The notes under the pieces were generated by a model. The model was given only the letters and a program-made list of their open reading frames with translations. It made no database searches and was not told the origin of the DNA. Positions 58,447 through 64,000 of a stretch of 64,000 nucleotides of DNA are shown here, one piece after another. Within the stretch, counting starts at the first letter, position 1. Every line of letters starts with the position of its first letter. Made by a program: the position numbers and the translations under genes. This DNA is from Candidatus Liptonbacteria bacterium (GTDB lineage Bacteria > Patescibacteriota > Minisyncoccia > UBA6257 > 2-01-FULL-56-20), in NCBI GenBank assembly GCA_016867315.1, contig VGJV01000003.1, positions 27,429 to 91,428 of the forward strand. The letters run 5' to 3'.

Positions 58447-59976
58447 ATGACACTCCTCATTCGAAACGTTCGCATCGTGGGAGAAGCTCGCGCATCTGAA
58501 GAGCGGAGCGATATATTCGTGCAAAACGATATTATTTCCGCTATTGGCAGCCTGGGAAATAAAAAAGCAGATGAAGTGATTGATGGCCAGGGAACATATC
58601 TCGCTCCAGGTTTTATCGATGTAAATACCGACTCCGATCACTATCTTACGCTCTTCGACAACCCGGCACAGGAAGATTTCTTGAAGCAGGGAGTAACTAC
58701 CATATTCGGCGGAATGTGCGGAGCCTCCTTGGCCCCGCTTCTCTATGGCAGCTTAGAATCCATTCGAAAATGGGGGGATATTCATTGTGTAAATGTAGGC
58801 TGGCAATCCTTAGGGGAACTTCTCGACATTCTAAGCTCGCGGGGTTTAGGAGTGAATTTCGGCACATTGATCGGCCATTCCACTATTCGGCGCGCATTAG
58901 CAGGAGAAAACTTTAGAAATCTCACCAAAAATGAGCTTAAGGTATTTATATCCACACTAGAACGAGGAATGTCGGAAGGGGGGTTCGGGCTTTCCTCCGG
59001 CTTGAGTTATGTCCACGCTCGAGAAACTTCATACGCTGAATTGAAAGCTCTAGGAGAGGTGGTGCAGAAACGTAATGGCGTATACGCCACGCATCTTCGA
59101 AAGTCCGGAGAAGACCTTTTAAATTCTCTCGAAGAAACGGTAAAACTACGCAAAGAAACCGGAGTAAAAACTATCATAAGTCACTTCCAGCCCTTCATGG
59201 GTACGGAAGAACTGTACGACACGGCCTTAAAAAATCTCGAAGAACTTTCTACAGACCGCGCGGTGTATTTCGACACCTATCCTTTCGATGCAAGTGTGGT
59301 ACCGCTCTATACGCTTTTGCCCCTGTGGGCACAAGAAACTAATTTGGAAACCATGGCCGCAAATTTGAAAGATGCATGGAAGCGAAAGAAAATTATTAAA
59401 GAATTGCCGGAACTCTCTGGGGACGGGCTCATCGTGGCAAGCGCCCCAGGCCACGAACCTTTGATAGGGAAAAACATCGAGACCTTAAAAGAAATGTACG
59501 GCGTCTCTCTAGGCGCAGAAGCTCTGCTGCAACTCATGCGCGCCACAGATCTCCGAGCAATCGTGTTTTATAAGAATATTGCTGCCAATCTTTTGACACA
59601 AGCCCTTGCACATCCGCGTTCTCTCATCGCGACGAATGCCGCGAGTATTAAAGAGGGCAGACAGATTGGGATGCTCAAACCCGAGCGCGCCACGAACACC
59701 TTCCCAAAGTTTCTCGATATAGTAAGCCTCAAGCGGCTCATGCCCCTCGAAAGCGCCATCCAAAAAATCACAAAAACTCCTGCCGAACTCTTGGGAATTA
59801 AGGGCAGGGGAGAAATTAAGGAAGGCAACTACGCTGATCTGGTAGGGTTTTCCTGGAAAGAAGGGGGAGCCTCGGCCACCGAAATTAAATTCGTGGTAGT
59901 GAACGGAACGATAGCCGTCCAAAATGGAATTTCTAAAGAAACGCTCAGGGGGAGAATATTAAAACACCAATCATAA
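58447..59976 (+). CDS. N-acyl-D-amino-acid deacylase-like amidohydrolase with degenerate active site
   Basis: APGFIDVNTDSD, QGVTT..GMCG, GLSSGLSY, THLR, ISH, ADLV. Confidence 0.8.
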   Translation: MTLLIRNVRIVGEARASEERSDIFVQNDIISAIGSLGNKKADEVIDGQGTYLAPGFIDVNTDSDHYLTLFDNPAQEDFLKQGVTTIFGGMCGASLAPLLYGSLESIRKWGDIHCVNVGWQSLGELLDILSSRGLGVNFGTLIGHSTIRRALAGENFRNLTKNELKVFISTLERGMSEGGFGLSSGLSYVHARETSYAELKALGEVVQKRNGVYATHLRKSGEDLLNSLEETVKLRKETGVKTIISHFQPFMGTEELYDTALKNLEELSTDRAVYFDTYPFDASVVPLYTLLPLWAQETNLETMAANLKDAWKRKKIIKELPELSGDGLIVASAPGHEPLIGKNIETLKEMYGVSLGAEALLQLMRATDLRAIVFYKNIAANLLTQALAHPRSLIATNAASIKEGRQIGMLKPERATNTFPKFLDIVSLKRLMPLESAIQKITKTPAELLGIKGRGEIKEGNYADLVGFSWKEGGASATEIKFVVVNGTIAVQNGISKETLRGRILKHQS

Positions 59977-61074
59977 ATGTTTGGAGCTCGGGGCCACCGT
60001 CCAGATTATTTCCTCATGGCCTTGGTGCTTGTATTGGTTGCTTTTGGATTAGTGATGCTCGTGAGTGCCTCCTCAGACCTTGGAAAGATTAAATTTAACG
60101 ACAGCTATTACTATCTGAAGCATCAGCTGATATATGGATTTTCGCTGGGCCTCCTCGGCTTTTTTCTTGCGGCAAATATTCGCTACACGATCTATAGAAC
60201 ATGGGCCTTTCCGCTGCTCCTCCTCACCATCGCACTCCTTATTCTTATTTTTACCCCATTGGGAGTAGAAGCGAACGCCGCCACTCGCTGGCTAAAGATC
60301 GGGCCATTTCGATTCCAACCAGCGGAGCTTCTGAAAATCACCTTCATAATCTACATTGCCGCCTGGCTCAGCCGGCCCAATGCAAAGCGTTCCGCCTCCT
60401 TTTTAAAAGGCCTTTTGCCATTTCTAATAATCTCGGGCGCCATATGTGCGCTCCTCATCATGCAGCCCGCAACGAGCACCGTGGCTATCCTTCTCGGAGC
60501 GGCCCTCGTGGTGTACTTCTTAAGCGGAGCTTCGCTTAAATATATTTTTGGCACAATTCTTGTCGCGGCGATTTGTGTGGGGTTGATTATTTACGCCACA
60601 CCATACCGCCGCGATCGAATTCTGGGATTTTTGAATCAAGACCAGCACCAAGAAACCAAAAATTATCAGGTGCGTCAGGCGCTTACCGCGATCGGAGCGG
60701 GTGGGCTCACCGGAGCAGGATACGGCCGCTCAGTGATCAAAAACAGCTTGCCCGCCTCAGTAGATGACTCTATATTTGCCATAGTAGGCGAAGAATTCGG
60801 CTTCTTAGGCAGTGGAGCCCTCGTAGCCCTTTTTGGAGCTCTCGTATTACGCCTTTTCTGGCTAGCCCGCCGCGCTCCCGATCTTTTTGGGCGGCTCATG
60901 CTCGTAGGTTTTGGCACGGTTATCGCGTTCCAGTCGCTCGTGAACATGGGTTCCATTTCGGGAATTTTGCCCCTTACCGGCGTCCCTCTGCCGTTTGTGA
61001 GTTATGGAGGAACCGCCCTCGCGGTATTCATGACCATGGCCGGAATTGCAACAAATGTGTCGAAATACACATAG
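59977..61074 (+). CDS. ftsW: SEDS peptidoglycan polymerase FtsW
   Basis: RW..IG..FQPAE, YQ..QA..AIG.GG, IVGEEFG, TGVPLPFVSYGG; murG downstream. Confidence 0.9.
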   Translation: MFGARGHRPDYFLMALVLVLVAFGLVMLVSASSDLGKIKFNDSYYYLKHQLIYGFSLGLLGFFLAANIRYTIYRTWAFPLLLLTIALLILIFTPLGVEANAATRWLKIGPFRFQPAELLKITFIIYIAAWLSRPNAKRSASFLKGLLPFLIISGAICALLIMQPATSTVAILLGAALVVYFLSGASLKYIFGTILVAAICVGLIIYATPYRRDRILGFLNQDQHQETKNYQVRQALTAIGAGGLTGAGYGRSVIKNSLPASVDDSIFAIVGEEFGFLGSGALVALFGALVLRLFWLARRAPDLFGRLMLVGFGTVIAFQSLVNMGSISGILPLTGVPLPFVSYGGTALAVFMTMAGIATNVSKYT

Positions 61075-61103
61075 AATCTAGGAGTTAGAAAATAGAATCT
61101 AGA

Positions 61104-62882
61104 ATGAACCCAGAAACAAAAAATTGTCAGGCCTGCAAAAATCCGTTCACGATCGAGCCGGAAGATTTGATATTTTACGAGAAAATCAAAGTACCACCTC
61201 CCACATTCTGTTGGCGATGCCGCATGCAAAGACGAGATAACTGGAGAAATGAGCGTTTGCTCTATAAGAGAAAATGTAATGTCCCAGGACATAGTGAAGA
61301 TATTATTTCCACGTTTGCTCCGGATGTGCCATGGGTGGTGTATGACCAAAAGGAATGGTGGAGCGATTCATGGAATTCGCTTGCGTATGGAAGAGAATAT
61401 AACTTCTCTAAACCATTTTTCTCCCAATTTAACGAGCTACTCCATAAAGTGCCGATTCCTGCTGTAGAGAATGAGAATCCGGTAAACAGCGAATACTGTA
61501 ATGCGGCCGCGGGCAACAAAAACTGCTATCTGTGCTTCGCTGCCGGATGGAACGAAAATGTAGCTTACTCAAACAAAATCGGGACAAGTAAGGATTCTCT
61601 TGATTGCTACATGGCTTCAAAAGTTGAACTTGGTTATGAGAATGTAAACTGCCACGATTCGTATCGGTTACTGTGGAGCGTGAACTCCAAAAACTGCCGC
61701 GATTCGCACTTTCTTTATAACTGCCGGAATTGTTCGAATTGCTTCGGGTGTGCAAATCTCGTCTCAAAGTCCTACCACATTTGGAACCAACCGTATTCTA
61801 AAGACGAGTACTTCGTGAAACTCACTGCACTCGACCTCTCCACACGAGAGAGAATTGAGGGACTCAAAGAAAAATTTTATAAAGAGATTGTTGCGAATAT
61901 GGTTCATAAATACGCGAGTATTCTCAACTCTTCAAACTGCACAGGCGACAACATTAATAATTCAAAAAATGTGGAAGTTTCATTTGATGTACTGACAGGA
62001 AGTGAAGATTCAAAGTTTCTCCAGCATTGCATGGAACTAAAAGACGCTTACGACAACATGGGGGCTTATAGATACAACCTTTCGTATGAAAATGTAAACG
62101 TGAATGTAGGCAATAATAATATTGCCACGATTGCGACCTATAACGCTCGCGCCAATCAATATTCGTATCACTGTCACGGTTGCAGCAATATTTTCGGGTG
62201 TATCGGCCTTCGCAGTAAAGAACATTGCATTCTGAACCGCCAGTATTCCAAAGAGGAATATGAACAACTGGTACCCCAGATCATAAAACACATGAACGAA
62301 ATGCCGTATGTAGATGCCGCCGGAAGGAAATACGGTTATGGAGAATTTTTTCCTGCGGAGATTTCTCCGTGGGCATATAACGAAACAATCGCGCAGGAAT
62401 ATTTTCCACTAAGCGAATCCGAAGCTCAAGCTAAAGGATTCCGCTGGAAAAAATCCGAAGGAAAGCATTACAACGTCACCATCGCTGCAGATAAAATTCC
62501 CGACCGAATCGCGGATGCACAGGATTCAATAGTAAATGAGGTAATCGAATGTGCGCATAAAGGTATCTGCAATGAACAATGCACCACCGCTTTTAAACTC
62601 ATCGACGCAGAGCTTCAATTTTATCGAAAGCTGAATCTTCCCATCCCGAATCTTTGTCCGAATTGCCGCCACTATGCACGTCTCAAGCAAAGAAATCCGC
62701 TCATGCTATGGAAAAGAAAATGTCGCTGCGCAGGCACTGCTTCCGATAACGAAGTCTATCACAATACCACCAAACACTTCCACGAAGCAGGGGAATGTCC
62801 CAATGAATTTGAGTCGAGCTACGCCCCCGAAAGACCAGAACTTATCTACTGCGAACAATGCTATCAAGCAGAAGTGAATTAA
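61104..62882 (+). CDS. Cys-rich zinc-ribbon/solenoid protein, paralog 7
   Basis: Family framework; lies between ftsW and murG. Confidence 0.9.
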   Translation: MNPETKNCQACKNPFTIEPEDLIFYEKIKVPPPTFCWRCRMQRRDNWRNERLLYKRKCNVPGHSEDIISTFAPDVPWVVYDQKEWWSDSWNSLAYGREYNFSKPFFSQFNELLHKVPIPAVENENPVNSEYCNAAAGNKNCYLCFAAGWNENVAYSNKIGTSKDSLDCYMASKVELGYENVNCHDSYRLLWSVNSKNCRDSHFLYNCRNCSNCFGCANLVSKSYHIWNQPYSKDEYFVKLTALDLSTRERIEGLKEKFYKEIVANMVHKYASILNSSNCTGDNINNSKNVEVSFDVLTGSEDSKFLQHCMELKDAYDNMGAYRYNLSYENVNVNVGNNNIATIATYNARANQYSYHCHGCSNIFGCIGLRSKEHCILNRQYSKEEYEQLVPQIIKHMNEMPYVDAAGRKYGYGEFFPAEISPWAYNETIAQEYFPLSESEAQAKGFRWKKSEGKHYNVTIAADKIPDRIADAQDSIVNEVIECAHKGICNEQCTTAFKLIDAELQFYRKLNLPIPNLCPNCRHYARLKQRNPLMLWKRKCRCAGTASDNEVYHNTTKHFHEAGECPNEFESSYAPERPELIYCEQCYQAEVN

Positions 62883-62984
62883 AAGAATGCTACAATTCTG
62901 AAGTAGCCTAGCATTTAAGAATCACGGAGTGTTAATTGAAAATTGGGAGTAATTCGCAATTCACAATTCTAAATTCTCAATTCC

Positions 62985-64000
62985 ATGAATAAAATTCGAA
63001 TCGCACTCACGGGCGGCGGGAGCGGGGGACACGTATACCCCCTGCTTGCAATTGCGGAAGAGCTCCAGCGGATCGGCACGGCACAAAAAGCGAATCTGGA
63101 AATAGTACACTTTGGCCCGAAAGACGCATTTGCGCCGTTATTTACTAACGCGGGAATAAAGCGCCGCTCAATAATGGGCGCGAAGCTTCGCAGCTATTCC
63201 ACGCTTCAAAATATCCTCGACGTTCCAAAGTTTTTCATAGGAATCTTTCAGGCCTTTTTAAAGATTTTTTGGTATATGCCCGACGTGATTTTTTCGAAAG
63301 GTGGTCCCGGCGCCTTCCCCGTAGTACTTGCAGGCTGGTTTTATAAAATTCCGATACTCATCCACGAATCCGATGCCATCCCCGGAGCCACGAATATCCT
63401 ATCGTCCCATTTTGCCACGCGAATCGCAATTACATTCGAGGAAGCCAAACGTTATTTTGACCCGACCAGAACCGCTACGGTAGGCAATCCCGTACGGCCC
63501 TGGCTTATTAAAGACAAACCCGAACCGAAAGTTGCGAAACAACTCCTCGGATTCAACCCCGAAGCTCCGCTCACGGTAATACTAGGAGGTTCACAAGGCT
63601 CTCAAAGAATCAACGAATTTATAGTCGCAAATCTTCCCACAATCCTTAAAGAAACACAACTTTTTCATCAAACAGGTACGAACAATTTTTCTGAGATTGA
63701 AGCCCTCTCCAAGGCGGCGTTCCCAAGTGCCACGTCTTATAAAGTGGTGGCGTATATAACTGAAGAGCTCAAAAATGTACTGGCAGCTGCTGATTGCATA
63801 GTGGGACGCGCAGGAAATGGCACGATCTCAGAAGCTGCTGCATTTGGAAAACCCATGATCCTCATCCCTCTGCCGGAATCCGCGAATGATCATCAACGGG
63901 CAAACGCGCGAGAGTTTAAAAAAGTAGGTGGGGGAATAATCATCGAAGAAGCGAATCTTCTCCAGGAAATTTTCGTGAGTGCCTTGAAAAAAATACTCAC
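62985..64000 (+). CDS. murG: MurG GlcNAc transferase (runs off the window end)
   Basis: Manual translation MNKIRIALTGGGSGGHVYP, SKGG, HESD, GNPVR, GGSQGS, HQRANA. Confidence 0.93.
   Translation, partial: MNKIRIALTGGGSGGHVYPLLAIAEELQRIGTAQKANLEIVHFGPKDAFAPLFTNAGIKRRSIMGAKLRSYSTLQNILDVPKFFIGIFQAFLKIFWYMPDVIFSKGGPGAFPVVLAGWFYKIPILIHESDAIPGATNILSSHFATRIAITFEEAKRYFDPTRTATVGNPVRPWLIKDKPEPKVAKQLLGFNPEAPLTVILGGSQGSQRINEFIVANLPTILKETQLFHQTGTNNFSEIEALSKAAFPSATSYKVVAYITEELKNVLAAADCIVGRAGNGTISEAAAFGKPMILIPLPESANDHQRANAREFKKVGGGIIIEEANLLQEIFVSALKKIL

Overview
Chromosomal segment that looks like a Patescibacteria/CPR (Parcubacteria-like) bacterium. This is inferred from the gene set: short HrcA, UvrC without HhH, archaeal-type PGI/PMI, split comEC, paired VirD4/TraG-like ATPases and many apparently leaderless genes. 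Housekeeping genes include uvrC, tsaC, a zwf-gnd fusion, ychF, recR, dnaB, cysS, corA, hrcA-grpE-dnaK-dnaJ with CIRCE, two tRNA-Lys, secDF, pepA, trmD, comEC, ftsW and murG. Four things stand out. (1) Seven paralogous ~555-595 aa Cys-rich zinc-ribbon/solenoid proteins with a constant framework and variable repeats: six lie between two VirD4-like ATPases, one of which carries the same CxxC-x17-CxxC module, and the seventh sits between ftsW and murG. (2) A complete tRNA-Lys(CTT) nested in the D-loop of a second, fragmented tRNA-Lys(CTT) that also has a 37/38 insertion. (3) A leader-peptide attenuator in front of a divergent Asp/Glu racemase, a structured spacer, an ATP-grasp-like protein and an M20 peptidase. 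(4) Several families of small palindromic or heptamer repeats that invade start codons, stop codons and coding sequence. No CRISPR array, rRNA, transposase, integrase or reverse transcriptase was recognised. All calls are from visual inspection only.
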